Below the pieces are notes generated by a model. It saw only the letters and a list, made by a program, of their open reading frames with translations. It did no database searches and had not been told where the DNA came from. The position numbers and the translations under genes were made by a program. DNA of 64,000 nt, taken from the IMG/VR virus record IMGVR_UViG_3300031623_001144, positions 3,971 through 67,970 of that record; one strand, given 5' to 3'. Shown piece after piece: positions 19,351 to 28,662 of this stretch (its first letter is position 1; each line of letters starts with the position of its first letter). The stretch comes from a virus.

Positions 19351-20985
19351 TTAAATTTTCTTACTTAAGGCTTCAGTCATTCTGGTTAGCCCTTGTGAAA
19401 CATCGTCTCTTGCAACTTCAACATTTAACACGAATAACTCTTTTGAACCAAGAGCTTCCTGCACACTTTCAAACAACTGGCTTTCAGTAGTACATCGCCT
19501 AGCTTCCCCGCCGTTGATCAAAGTTGTTACGTCGTGATAATTCCATCTTCTTAAATTGTTGAAATCGCCATCCAACAGAAATCTTTCTGTTGTGTACCCA
19601 TCATTGTTTAACACAAACACGATAGGATTTAATCCTCTATCTACAATAGTGCTAAGTTCCAAACATGACATCTGAAATGCACCATCACCAACAATTACTA
19701 TTGGTCTGACATTTGGCTTTGCTGTCTGAACGCCCAACGCTCCGGGAATAGCCGATCCCATGCTTGTGTAAAACGCAGGACTCAAAAAATGATTCCTGTG
19801 ATGAACAGTCAAGTCTGCTGCCCCAAACAAGCTGTCTCCAATGTCAGCGACTATGGCCATGTCTTTATCTAAAATAGAGTCAATGTACTCAAATAATCTT
19901 TTGGTAGTTAAAGGATCATCTCCTTCCACTGGTACAAATTTTGTTTTCTCTTCTTTTTCAGGCAAGCACACCAACAAATCTTTCTTTCCAAAATCTAATT
20001 TGAAAAGAGCTTCACAAAAATCATCAAACTGTACTTCGGTGTAACTGTGATTTTTCACTTGCAACCCAGATACACTCGCCGCTACCACCTGTCTCTTCTT
20101 AAACTTGTCTGGTTTGAAACACAAAGTCATATCAGTAAGCATGACTCCAAACATAAGAAGACAATCGGATTCCTCTATCAAGTTCTTTGTCAACTCGTCA
20201 CTGCTAGCTCCAGAATAAATTCCAGCAAACAATGGATGACGTTCGTTAATGACAGATTTGCTCAACAAGGTTGTTGCCACAGGTATGTTGGTTTTTTCTG
20301 CAAACCTAACAATCTTTTCTCCCAAGTTATAACGAGAGATTTCAACACCGGCCAAAATCATCGGATTCTTAGCCACCTCAACCCATGACATGATTTCTTC
20401 CAAAGCCTCTTGTAAGTTCTCTGGGTCTGTGTCTGGGGCAGTTGGTGTTCCTTGCTTGTATACATCGTAGCTGATCGACTTCTTAGCAACATCCCGAGGC
20501 AACTCAATATAGATCGGCCTCTTGTAATGATGTAAAGCTTCCATTGCCTTGTCGATCTCATATCCTGCCGTTGCTGGATTGTCCAAAACAACTGAAGCAC
20601 ATGTTATTTTTTCAAACATTTCCTTTTGGGAGTTGAAAGAACCTACCATGTGGTGCAGCAACATGCCTTCTTGCCGTTCATCCATTCCGGGAGCACCCGA
20701 AATGATAATCAAGGGGGATCGCTCAGCGTAAGCACACTGAACAGCATTGATGACCTTTGAGGCACCAACATTATAAGTCACAGCAACACACCCAATTCCA
20801 TGAACTCTGGAATATGCGTCAGCAGCAAAACCAGAATGGTTTTCATCTGTATTGTTTATGACTTCAATATTTTTATTGTCCCAGAGTTCTTTGTAGAAAT
20901 CTAAGACATAATCTCCGGGTAAACCAAACACATGTTTGACCCCGGCATTTTCCAACCGCTCAATAAGAAAACTAGAAACGTACAT
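19351..20985 (-). CDS. ThDP-dependent 2-oxo-acid decarboxylase (pyruvate/indolepyruvate decarboxylase family)
   Basis: FGLPGDY, AADAYSR, LLHH, ADIGDS, GDGAFQM...NNDGYTTER. Confidence 0.92.
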   Translation of the reverse strand: MYVSSFLIERLENAGVKHVFGLPGDYVLDFYKELWDNKNIEVINNTDENHSGFAADAYSRVHGIGCVAVTYNVGASKVINAVQCAYAERSPLIIISGAPGMDERQEGMLLHHMVGSFNSQKEMFEKITCASVVLDNPATAGYEIDKAMEALHHYKRPIYIELPRDVAKKSISYDVYKQGTPTAPDTDPENLQEALEEIMSWVEVAKNPMILAGVEISRYNLGEKIVRFAEKTNIPVATTLLSKSVINERHPLFAGIYSGASSDELTKNLIEESDCLLMFGVMLTDMTLCFKPDKFKKRQVVAASVSGLQVKNHSYTEVQFDDFCEALFKLDFGKKDLLVCLPEKEEKTKFVPVEGDDPLTTKRLFEYIDSILDKDMAIVADIGDSLFGAADLTVHHRNHFLSPAFYTSMGSAIPGALGVQTAKPNVRPIVIVGDGAFQMSCLELSTIVDRGLNPIVFVLNNDGYTTERFLLDGDFNNLRRWNYHDVTTLINGGEARRCTTESQLFESVQEALGSKELFVLNVEVARDDVSQGLTRMTEALSKKI

Positions 20986-21002
20986 GAACCTCTCCTTATG
21001 AA

Positions 21003-22067
21003 TTATAATTCAACTGTGGGAGAATCTTCGATTTTAATGAGGAATCCTTCGCCGCTAATCGGCATTCTTCTAACCCACTCAACACCTTCTCCTAAGATAC
21101 ACCCAAAATAATATGGTGTCAAAGCTTCATCTGTAAAGCTTGGTATAAGAGAAATATCGAGTAAAGCTTTGCCATCCTCATTATATGCTGTTTCTGCTCC
21201 TGATGGAATACCAGTTTGATTTAAGATAACAGATCCGTCATTTTGAATCAAACCTGTGTAAGTATTGGTATCTGAATGAAGATGCGTTTGCCCAGTCCAT
21301 GGAACGTCTGGGAGAAAGAATTTTTTCGCCACTTGATCATAAGATAGTCTCACAGAACTTTCTGTAAATGTTGTACCAGTATAAAAAAATCCGTCTGGAT
21401 GAGTGTTAGTCTTCCCAGTCCAATGACCGCCCGGAAGATAAAACACTACATCAATCATCTTTAGAATCTTAAATTCAAGCCAATAGCATCCGGGAAGACA
21501 TGTATCTTCTGGTTGCCATTCGTAAATTAAAGAAGCCTCTTGAAGTACATTTTTTGTAATAGTTCCGTCTACATCTGTAATATCATCAAAAGTCAACTCT
21601 GATTCAGCCGGTGCATTTAGAACACGAAAAATTCTTAACGTATCTCCCTTCTTCCAAGCAGAAGGAGTTGTTCCATGATATCCTCTTTGCACACGAACTA
21701 AACTATTGGTTTCGTCAAAACCTGTAACGAGCATTCTTTCTGGCAGTCTCACCCGATCCATTACAATGATGTCGCCCATCATAATTTGATTAAAACCAAT
21801 GTTATCAGCGAGGTTAAAATATGTTTCTGAATCTGTGATCGCACACTTAAGCTTTCCTAAAGCCCACATGTTTACTTCAATGGTCAAGCCTTGAAGATCC
21901 ATCGCTCCTTCACAGTCTTCTACTGCTACTTTCAAAGGAGGTCTTGTATCATGACGCCTAATAACAAAGTCGGGACACACGTTAGGAGGACATCCATCTT
22001 TGGAAACACAAGAATCCTGCGACCTACAAGAACCAGATTTTAGATTAAAATTAACTGCCATTTCCAC
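21003..22067 (-). CDS. Putative virion/baseplate protein (BppU N-terminal-like Ig fold with insertions)
   Basis: FVIRRHDTRPPL...MDLQG...YEWQPEDT..PG.Y.LEFKI...P..G...I.I pattern. Confidence 0.55.
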   Translation of the reverse strand: MEMAVNFNLKSGSCRSQDSCVSKDGCPPNVCPDFVIRRHDTRPPLKVAVEDCEGAMDLQGLTIEVNMWALGKLKCAITDSETYFNLADNIGFNQIMMGDIIVMDRVRLPERMLVTGFDETNSLVRVQRGYHGTTPSAWKKGDTLRIFRVLNAPAESELTFDDITDVDGTITKNVLQEASLIYEWQPEDTCLPGCYWLEFKILKMIDVVFYLPGGHWTGKTNTHPDGFFYTGTTFTESSVRLSYDQVAKKFFLPDVPWTGQTHLHSDTNTYTGLIQNDGSVILNQTGIPSGAETAYNEDGKALLDISLIPSFTDEALTPYYFGCILGEGVEWVRRMPISGEGFLIKIEDSPTVEL

Positions 22068-22797
22068 CTTCTGTTGTATGTTCGTAAACGATTTTAATGA
22101 GTCCTTTGAATTCTTGGTCTGTCATATTCCACTTCAAAGTATTTACGTTTACGAACTCAGAACAGAAAACCCACTGTAGATTATCCACCTCGTTGATGCC
22201 GCCTCGACTCTTGGGGACAATGTGATCAAGAGTGCAATTTTCTCCTAGAATCAACTTTTTTCCAGTATAAGGGCAAGTGTGATTTTGGTTTTCTAACAAC
22301 TCTAAAAGTTCTGATGTTTTTGCATAAGTCTTAAAATGAAACTTAGATACTCTCCTGCAAAAACAGTCTCCACACGTTTTAGAATTTTCTGTATGATTAC
22401 GATTTCCGCACAAAACACAGAGACCCTTTTCCAACCTAGAAAACTCTCTTTTTTCTCGTTGCTTCCTTTGTTTAGACAAACAAGTTTCGCACTTGCTTTT
22501 TCCGTTGGTTTTATTTTTGCAAGAGATACATTCGCCACGCTTTTTCTTTTCAGCAAAAAGCTCTTTTCTTCGCTTTGTCCTCTTTTCCCAACACTCTTTG
22601 CAATACCCGGAAATTTCTTTAGGTCCACCACATGACTCACAAACTTGAGCACGTCTTTTTCTAAGATACTCTTTTCTTTTTTCTGAATTATCCATGAATC
22701 TATATAGATCAGGACACATCTTTTCTTTAAGAAAACTTATCCTTACATTTCGAAAACTCCGAGCGATCTTAATCGTTCGTTCCAATCTTGCAACCAT
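22051..22797 (-). CDS. HNH endonuclease with N-terminal CxxC zinc-finger repeats
   Basis: CPYTG, TLDHIVPKSRGG, NLQWV, N.LK; true start probably MDNSEK. Confidence 0.85.
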   Translation of the reverse strand: MVARLERTIKIARSFRNVRISFLKEKMCPDLYRFMDNSEKRKEYLRKRRAQVCESCGGPKEISGYCKECWEKRTKRRKELFAEKKKRGECISCKNKTNGKSKCETCLSKQRKQREKREFSRLEKGLCVLCGNRNHTENSKTCGDCFCRRVSKFHFKTYAKTSELLELLENQNHTCPYTGKKLILGENCTLDHIVPKSRGGINEVDNLQWVFCSEFVNVNTLKWNMTDQEFKGLIKIVYEHTTEGGNGS

Positions 22798-23315
22798 GAA
22801 ACACTTCCAGTGAATTTTTCAATCTTAACTCCACCCAAATCTGCTATCTTTTTCGATACATCTTGTTGTGTTTGTCTTAACATAGACCCCGAATCCGATT
22901 TGTGATCAAAATATACAACTTTTCCTATTTCTTCCTTAACAATTTGCTTCATGCAATCCTTGCAAGGAAATCCTGTCACATACAAAATGGCGTTAGCAAG
23001 CTCTTTTCCGCAACTGTGATTTATCGCATTTATTTCGGCATGTATCACAACGTCATATTTAGAAAAAGCATTTGGATCATCTTTTGGAGGTCGGCACCAA
23101 CTGAAAGAATCGTCTTCTATCAAACGAGGTGGACCGTTATATCCAGAACCCAAGGGAATATTGTATTGATCAACCAGTTGCGCTCCTATTTGAGTGCTGG
23201 GGTCTTTTGAGAAACCGGCCCACATCCAAGCCATCCCCATGTACTTCGAATCTCGATCTGGGACTTCTCTGGGCGGTATCATTTTATCTTTCATCAGAAT
23301 CCTTCTTCTTTCCAA
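22743..23315 (-). CDS. dCMP deaminase
   Basis: SKDPSTQIGA, GYNG, HAEINAI, PCKDC. Confidence 0.92.
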   Translation of the reverse strand: MERRRILMKDKMIPPREVPDRDSKYMGMAWMWAGFSKDPSTQIGAQLVDQYNIPLGSGYNGPPRLIEDDSFSWCRPPKDDPNAFSKYDVVIHAEINAINHSCGKELANAILYVTGFPCKDCMKQIVKEEIGKVVYFDHKSDSGSMLRQTQQDVSKKIADLGGVKIEKFTGSVSWLQDWNERLRSLGVFEM

Positions 23316-23494
23316 TTTACTTTTTCATGTCTTTCATTTTCTCTGTCCATAATCATCCTATGTAACAGACTAATCCCCTCATCCATATAGGATAACATTC
23401 TTCTATGATTCTTAATTCTACCTCTTTCTCTAAAGAAAGAAAATAGAACATATCCCATGGACAGGATTATTACAGCAATTTGAATAATCATCAA
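23294..23494 (-). CDS. Small membrane protein
   Basis: Hydrophobic N-terminus. Confidence 0.5.
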   Translation of the reverse strand: MMIIQIAVIILSMGYVLFSFFRERGRIKNHRRMLSYMDEGISLLHRMIMDRENERHEKVNWKEEGF

Positions 23495-23898
23495 TACACA
23501 TTCAAAATTTGTAGAAATTGAATTTGGTAATTTGAAGATGGATATTGCAACTTCCAGTCAGATAATTTTGCTTTTTGCTCTGCCGACATATGACGCCTTA
23601 GAACAGGCTTGGGCAAGGGTATGTCAGATGACCAACAACTGGTGGCGTCAACTAATTTGTAATTGACAGGAATGCTTCCAATAGACATGTAGTCTACTCC
23701 TTCAACGTAGTAGACATCTCTAATCATGTCGTAACATTCATTTCCTATAGGCTCTCCAAACTTAGCTGGAATTTTAAGAATGCCATCACCCTCATCTATG
23801 CTAGAAGCAATGGCATAAACAAAAACGCCTATATCGTATTTGACGACTTTAAGGTTTCTTTTAACATCACGTCTATCCTTGACGATTTCTTCTGTCAC
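23491..23898 (-). CDS. Hypothetical protein
   Basis: GTG start overlapping upstream stop. Confidence 0.6.
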   Translation of the reverse strand: MTEEIVKDRRDVKRNLKVVKYDIGVFVYAIASSIDEGDGILKIPAKFGEPIGNECYDMIRDVYYVEGVDYMSIGSIPVNYKLVDATSCWSSDIPLPKPVLRRHMSAEQKAKLSDWKLQYPSSNYQIQFLQILNVY

Positions 23899-24590
23899 AG
23901 ATCGTTCCTTCCCAGAAATATAGCAATAACGACTCTCTTCTCAAACAGGTAAGCGTCGTTCTCGACGAGAATTGTTCTTGGCTCTCTGCAAATCATACAC
24001 GCAACAACTGATCGATAAAACTTTGTAAACTTCTGCCGAGAGTGTCGAAACTCATGTGCTAAAATTGAAGCTTTAATTCCATCATTTTCCATAAAGGAAA
24101 TTCGATTGAATGTTAGCTCCTTGTTGATGTAATCATATTTGGCGTAAGTGCCTGAGTTCTCCTTTTCCCAAACAATTTTTCCATTTGCGTATCTGTCTCT
24201 AACCCACTCAGAAACCTCTGGACAAACTTTGTCTAAAATCAGTAACGTCGTCTGCAACTCATCCCAGCACTCTTCTTCTTCTTTGAAATTTGAATAAACC
24301 CCTTTGGTTGTATTCATATGAGCCATTATAAATTCACGATCACGAACATTAAGACTTCGAATGCGAGGAACTTCTTCTTCTATTATAAACTCACAGACTG
24401 AAAGTGAACCCAATATGACCAATAATGCCAGTGCAGTTATTGTCGTGTATCGCAGGGTTGCGACTGTCAAATGACAAAAGAACCAAATGATTGATGATAT
24501 TATTTTTCTGAAGATTCCAAATCTTTTGGGGCGTCGTCTTCCTTCTTCTTCTTTAAGCGTTCTTTGGATATCTCTTTCAACTTTTTCCAT
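23895..24590 (-). CDS. Membrane-anchored HExxH metallopeptidase-like protein
   Basis: Transmembrane segments then LAHEFRHSRQ ... ENDAY. Confidence 0.65.
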   Translation of the reverse strand: MEKVERDIQRTLKEEEGRRRPKRFGIFRKIISSIIWFFCHLTVATLRYTTITALALLVILGSLSVCEFIIEEEVPRIRSLNVRDREFIMAHMNTTKGVYSNFKEEEECWDELQTTLLILDKVCPEVSEWVRDRYANGKIVWEKENSGTYAKYDYINKELTFNRISFMENDGIKASILAHEFRHSRQKFTKFYRSVVACMICREPRTILVENDAYLFEKRVVIAIFLGRNDL

Positions 24591-24811
24591 GCCCCTTCTT
24601 TCTCGATATCAATATCGTCGTCTTTTTGTGGGTGTGTTTTTTTATCTTTCTTGGATTGAGATGCTTTGTGATCAAGCTCAGAATCGTTCTTCTTTGCTTG
24701 GCCAACCATTGAATCTACATCGGTGCCTAATTTCTCTGCTGATTTCGCCCAGCTATCAAACGCATAGTTTGGACTCTGTGCTTTTTCAAGAAATACCCGG
24801 AATGACATCAT
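24500..24811 (-). CDS. Charged protein with capsid-targeting-like N-terminus
   Basis: MSFRVFLEKAQ; Lys/Asp/Glu-rich. Confidence 0.5.
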   Translation of the reverse strand: MMSFRVFLEKAQSPNYAFDSWAKSAEKLGTDVDSMVGQAKKNDSELDHKASQSKKDKKTHPQKDDDIDIEKEGAWKKLKEISKERLKKKKEDDAPKDLESSEK

Positions 24812-25016
24812 AGCTTCTCAACTCCTCGTAGATTTCATCTATCCTACGAGAGTATGTAGCCAGATCATTTTTCATTTGACTGACAGAAACCTCTATATCT
24901 TCGGTTGCTAACCTCGATATGTATAATTTAGTTTTTGCCTGAATTTCTGCAATCATTCCAAATAAGCCTTTTGCTTCACAAACAAGGTCTTCTCTATTCT
25001 TTAAGTGATTTTCCAT
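24786..25016 (-). CDS. Hypothetical coiled-coil protein
   Basis: ORF with GAGGAGG SD. Confidence 0.6.
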   Translation of the reverse strand: MENHLKNREDLVCEAKGLFGMIAEIQAKTKLYISRLATEDIEVSVSQMKNDLATYSRRIDEIYEELRSYDVIPGIS

Positions 25017-25065
25017 TTACGCCCTCCTCGGCGCATAACTTGAGATAAACTATTCTCCGAGAAAA

Positions 25066-25377
25066 TCACTTATTTGTCAATGGAAACTTGCCTGTTTCTA
25101 TAAGTTGAACAGTGCGCATACCATCCTCTGTTAAAGATACTTTTGCCTCATTGTAGGCAATTTCCAGTATCTTTAGCTTTTTTCTTAGCTTAAAAAGCAT
25201 ACGAGGGTTGCAATGATGACCAGTGTGGCTCTTGAAATTACGATACTGACCAAAAATCAAAAAATACCTTAAGAAAGCTTCTTGAAGCTCTGTCTTAAAG
25301 TATTTTTTGAAGTATCGTTTTTCTTTTGGTATTTCATAGTCGAAAAATCGACCAGAGATGAATTCCATGTCCTGCAT
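25066..25377 (-). CDS. Hypothetical basic protein
   Basis: ORF. Confidence 0.6.
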   Translation of the reverse strand: MQDMEFISGRFFDYEIPKEKRYFKKYFKTELQEAFLRYFLIFGQYRNFKSHTGHHCNPRMLFKLRKKLKILEIAYNEAKVSLTEDGMRTVQLIETGKFPLTNK

Positions 25378-25383
25378 TACCTA

Positions 25384-25803
25384 TTAAAGCAACGGAGGTG
25401 GAGGAATTTCAATTCCTTTGCAAAATTTGAAATACAAAAGTAGCAAGCCGGGCTGAAAATCCTTAGAAACACCATACCCTCTGATCTCTTCCAAGAGACA
25501 AAGAAGAGTGTGAACCGTCCAAGGAACACTAGGGTCGTTGTACCCAGCGGCTTCTGGAATTTCGGTCAAACACCTATCATGAATGTAATCAAAGACAGCA
25601 TCGTCAAATTGGGTTCTTAAAACTGTTTTAACAGCCCAATCTGACTCAAGTTCTGATTTTGGTATCGGTCCTCCGCAATACCAATTTTTGTTCCCAAAGA
25701 AATTACTTATAGCTTCTTTGGAAAGCTTATTTAAGTCTACGGCGAAATCACCCTTCTCTAAAGGATTGTCTTCACAGTTTCTTTGTCTTCGTCTTGGCAT
25801 CAA
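25384..25803 (-). CDS. Hypothetical protein
   Basis: ORF with AGGAG SD. Confidence 0.6.
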   Translation of the reverse strand: MMPRRRQRNCEDNPLEKGDFAVDLNKLSKEAISNFFGNKNWYCGGPIPKSELESDWAVKTVLRTQFDDAVFDYIHDRCLTEIPEAAGYNDPSVPWTVHTLLCLLEEIRGYGVSKDFQPGLLLLYFKFCKGIEIPPPPLL

Positions 25804-25936
25804 TGTCTCCTATACCTGTGGTACGGACTACTTTTCATTATTCACTTTACCGTCGTCAAAATCAAGCCCATTTCGTTGATATTAAGGATAAATAAAGAAG
25901 AAGATTAGATTCATGAACTATTTCAAGGAGGTAAAA

Positions 25937-26425
25937 ATGAAAGGGTTGTTCATAACACTCGTCGCCGCAGCGACACTTTTCATATCTGGTTGTGGAAATC
26001 TTTCTCCAAGACAACAACAAGATATTGATAACCAGAATGGGAAAATTGGGGAAATTGAAAACTTGGCCAACAGTATGAAGGCTGAAGTTGGAAACCTTAA
26101 GACACAAAACGATATCCAAGACAGCGAGATTGGCCAAATGCAACAAGGCTTGGCTAACTGGCAAAGTAACTACGAAAACAGTGGTGTCCAGATTTTTTCT
26201 GGCCCCGGTGGAATAATGGTTGCACTGATTGGACTACTCGTCGTGTCAACAATCGCAGTTCATTATAGAGGCGCATCAAAGAAACATGAAAAGACATCTG
26301 AAATTCTAGCTGAAAGAATCATCAACAGAGATGATCCTCAACTAGAAGATGAAGTCTTTCAAGCTGCAATGTTTACTGACGTAGAAGAAAATGTGCTCAA
26401 AGTAATGAAAAAGCACAAGCTTTAA
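25937..26425 (+). CDS. Lipoprotein with coiled coil and second transmembrane helix (u-spanin-like architecture)
   Basis: AGGAGG SD; MKGLFITLVAAATLFISG-C lipobox; heptad region; GIMVALIGLLVVSTIAVHY TM; TAAATA at 25889. Confidence 0.6.
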   Translation: MKGLFITLVAAATLFISGCGNLSPRQQQDIDNQNGKIGEIENLANSMKAEVGNLKTQNDIQDSEIGQMQQGLANWQSNYENSGVQIFSGPGGIMVALIGLLVVSTIAVHYRGASKKHEKTSEILAERIINRDDPQLEDEVFQAAMFTDVEENVLKVMKKHKL

Positions 26426-26682
26426 TCAGCTTGCTTATCATCGTTGTGCGGAATAGCGTCTGCTCTAATTGTGCTAACACCATCCACGGTGAGCATTGAG
26501 CTAAGCGTGACCGCTTCAGCGGTGGTGGCTACATGCCTCGCCATCTCAGTCATACCTTCGTAGAAATTAGCTTTCTCTGATTCATCTGTAAGATCGAAGG
26601 TTCTCTCGTATTTAGCTCTCCATGCCTCTACGAACTCGGCAATGTCTGGACGCTTTTCTTTTAGAATTGTTGTGTCACTCAT
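26422..26682 (-). CDS. Hypothetical protein
   Basis: ORF with AAGGAG SD. Confidence 0.6.
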   Translation of the reverse strand: MSDTTILKEKRPDIAEFVEAWRAKYERTFDLTDESEKANFYEGMTEMARHVATTAEAVTLSSMLTVDGVSTIRADAIPHNDDKQAD

Positions 26683-26721
26683 TTCACTCTCCTTAGTTCT
26701 TTATGATACAAATTTTGTTGT

Positions 26722-26985
26722 TCAATATCGATCCGACTTCTTTGGTTCTTTGCCTGCCTTCTTTCGCAGTTTATTTGTGTGCTTAAGAAGCTTCTTGTAT
26801 TCGACCTTCTCTTCTTTAGCCTTGTCATGCCAACGATTATAATCAGCTTTGTCTCCAATCGAAGCTTCCATTCGATTGACAAGTGTTTGCACTTCCTCAA
26901 CAAGCCCAAGCAATGAACCGTAATTGCGAGCTTTGTCAATTTTTCTCATTTCCTCAAGCACATCACAGACATATCTATTAGGCAT
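26722..26985 (-). CDS. Hypothetical coiled-coil protein
   Basis: ORF with AAGGA SD. Confidence 0.6.
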   Translation of the reverse strand: MPNRYVCDVLEEMRKIDKARNYGSLLGLVEEVQTLVNRMEASIGDKADYNRWHDKAKEEKVEYKKLLKHTNKLRKKAGKEPKKSDRY

Positions 26986-27070
26986 TTCCTTTTCCTTTTC
27001 CTTTATCTATCCATTGTTGATGCACCCACCATAGCAAGCACAAACACACTTAAGCATATCAAAAGTTCCA

Positions 27071-27349
27071 TTAAGTGTCATATCCTTGCGGCTTTGATTT
27101 TAAGACCACAAATCCTCCGCAGTTGTCCCCAAGAGGAACTCCTTGCTTGTATGGGTCTTGTCCACTCTTCTTGCAATCTCCTAAGAACTCGACAAGTTCT
27201 TCTTCAACTATTTTTTTGTAAGGAGATTTCTTTTTACAGATATGGATGATATCTCCTTCGTCATCAACGTCTTCGTCCAAATAACGACATTGATTAGATC
27301 CACCCCAGATGAAACAAACATCTTTCAATTGTTTTGTTGTCAGAGCCAT
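27071..27349 (-). CDS. Cys-containing hypothetical protein
   Basis: C..G...CRYL...C.K...GDNC.G. Confidence 0.6.
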   Translation of the reverse strand: MALTTKQLKDVCFIWGGSNQCRYLDEDVDDEGDIIHICKKKSPYKKIVEEELVEFLGDCKKSGQDPYKQGVPLGDNCGGFVVLKSKPQGYDT

Positions 27350-27368
27350 GTTGATTCCTTTATGAATG

Positions 27369-27415
27369 AAAAAGTGACGGCCTCTTGTTTATCATTTCTC
27401 GGAGGCCGTCACTTT
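27369..27415 (-). terminator. Rho-independent terminator
   Basis: AAAGTGACGGCCTC...GAGGCCGTCACTTT inverted repeat, U-tract on minus strand, downstream of def. Confidence 0.75.
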
Positions 27416-27475
27416 ATAATTTAAGTCACATTATGTGGTGTGGGGAGTTGACCCCATTTCAATAAAGTCTCTTTA

Positions 27476-27976
27476 TCACCACATAAAGACTTCTTTCCCA
27501 ATTTCAGAAATCAGCGTACCTCGTTGATGGTCAATTTCATGAGCAAAGACCACCCCCTCTTCAGTTACGTCCAATTCCTGCTCAAAATCTACAAATATAT
27601 TATTTTCTAAGTATAAACCTTTTATATTTATCTTCTCGTGGCGATTCACCTGAAAGGACCGCAACTGACCATCATCTGACCGAATTGACAGACATCCTTC
27701 CAACGATACGACCTGTTGTTCCGACGTAGCTTCGTATTCAGTATTTGCAAAGTAACCGTATTGCCCCTCTGGCACCAATGGACATGTTCCATCGCCTTTC
27801 ACTAGAAATAACCTCCATGGTATTCCCACTTGAACTGCGGACAAACCAATGCCATTCTCTTTTTCACAAACTTCCCTCATCTCCTGACAGACCTTGTACA
27901 CGGCGACAAGATCGTCCAAAGGAACGTCTATGATTTCCTCTACCTTTGGGATCTGACTCACTTCAACGATGAGCAT
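27476..27976 (-). CDS. def: Peptide deformylase
   Basis: GIGLSAVQVG, EGCLS, HEIDH. Confidence 0.95.
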   Translation of the reverse strand: MLIVEVSQIPKVEEIIDVPLDDLVAVYKVCQEMREVCEKENGIGLSAVQVGIPWRLFLVKGDGTCPLVPEGQYGYFANTEYEATSEQQVVSLEGCLSIRSDDGQLRSFQVNRHEKINIKGLYLENNIFVDFEQELDVTEEGVVFAHEIDHQRGTLISEIGKEVFMW

Positions 27977-28002
27977 AACTTAATCTCCAAGTTTAAGCAA
28001 CT

Positions 28003-28302
28003 TCAATTGTTCTTCGTAACTGCTTTAAGTATCCCATTCATTTGAATGGTCAACCATTTTTGCAATTCCTCTGGATCAGACTTATATGCGTTTGGCACTT
28101 TAAGCACAACCGGAGTTACTTCTTCATCTATCGGTTTTCCGATCACCATTGGATCGTCATCTATATTTAACTTCACCGCCTGCTCTATCAATCCTCCCAC
28201 GTATGCAGAAGCCGATAGACCTTTTCTCTTTGAGTACCTTTTAAGCTCCTCATGGAGATCAGGCATAATGGCGATGCTCATAACTTTCTTATTCTTTGAC
28301 AT
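28003..28302 (-). CDS. Ribbon-helix-helix-like DNA-binding protein
   Basis: VMSIAIMPDLHEELKRYSKRKGLSASAYVGGLI. Confidence 0.6.
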   Translation of the reverse strand: MSKNKKVMSIAIMPDLHEELKRYSKRKGLSASAYVGGLIEQAVKLNIDDDPMVIGKPIDEEVTPVVLKVPNAYKSDPEELQKWLTIQMNGILKAVTKNN

Positions 28303-28313
28303 ATTACCTCGAT

Positions 28314-28637
28314 TTAGTTTCTCCGATTATTTTTATCTTTATCTTTCTTGCCACCGGCCATGATTTTCTTAATCACACCAGATGGAGCTTTCACTCTTTC
28401 CCCTCGCCGAATAGCCTCTTCAAGCCTACTTTGTTTTTGCTTCTTTTTTGCTTCGGCCTTGGATTTTCTTGCTTTCTCTGATTTGCTCTCAAAATATTGA
28501 TGAGCCTTCAGATCATGTAAGATTCCCGCATTGCTGACCCTTCTTTTGAACTCTTGGTGCATTTCCCGAAAGTTCTTTGCAGGATCATTATACTTCTTCT
28601 TTAACTCGACTCTTACTCTCGCTACATTTCTAGCCAT
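28314..28637 (-). CDS. rpsU: Ribosomal protein bS21 homolog with basic C-terminal extension
   Basis: FKRRVSNAGILHDLKAHQYFESKSEKARK matches the bS21 FKR....G...E......YEKPS core. Confidence 0.8.
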   Translation of the reverse strand: MARNVARVRVELKKKYNDPAKNFREMHQEFKRRVSNAGILHDLKAHQYFESKSEKARKSKAEAKKKQKQSRLEEAIRRGERVKAPSGVIKKIMAGGKKDKDKNNRRN

Positions 28638-28662
28638 GGAAGTTTCCTTACTTGTTTGTGGC

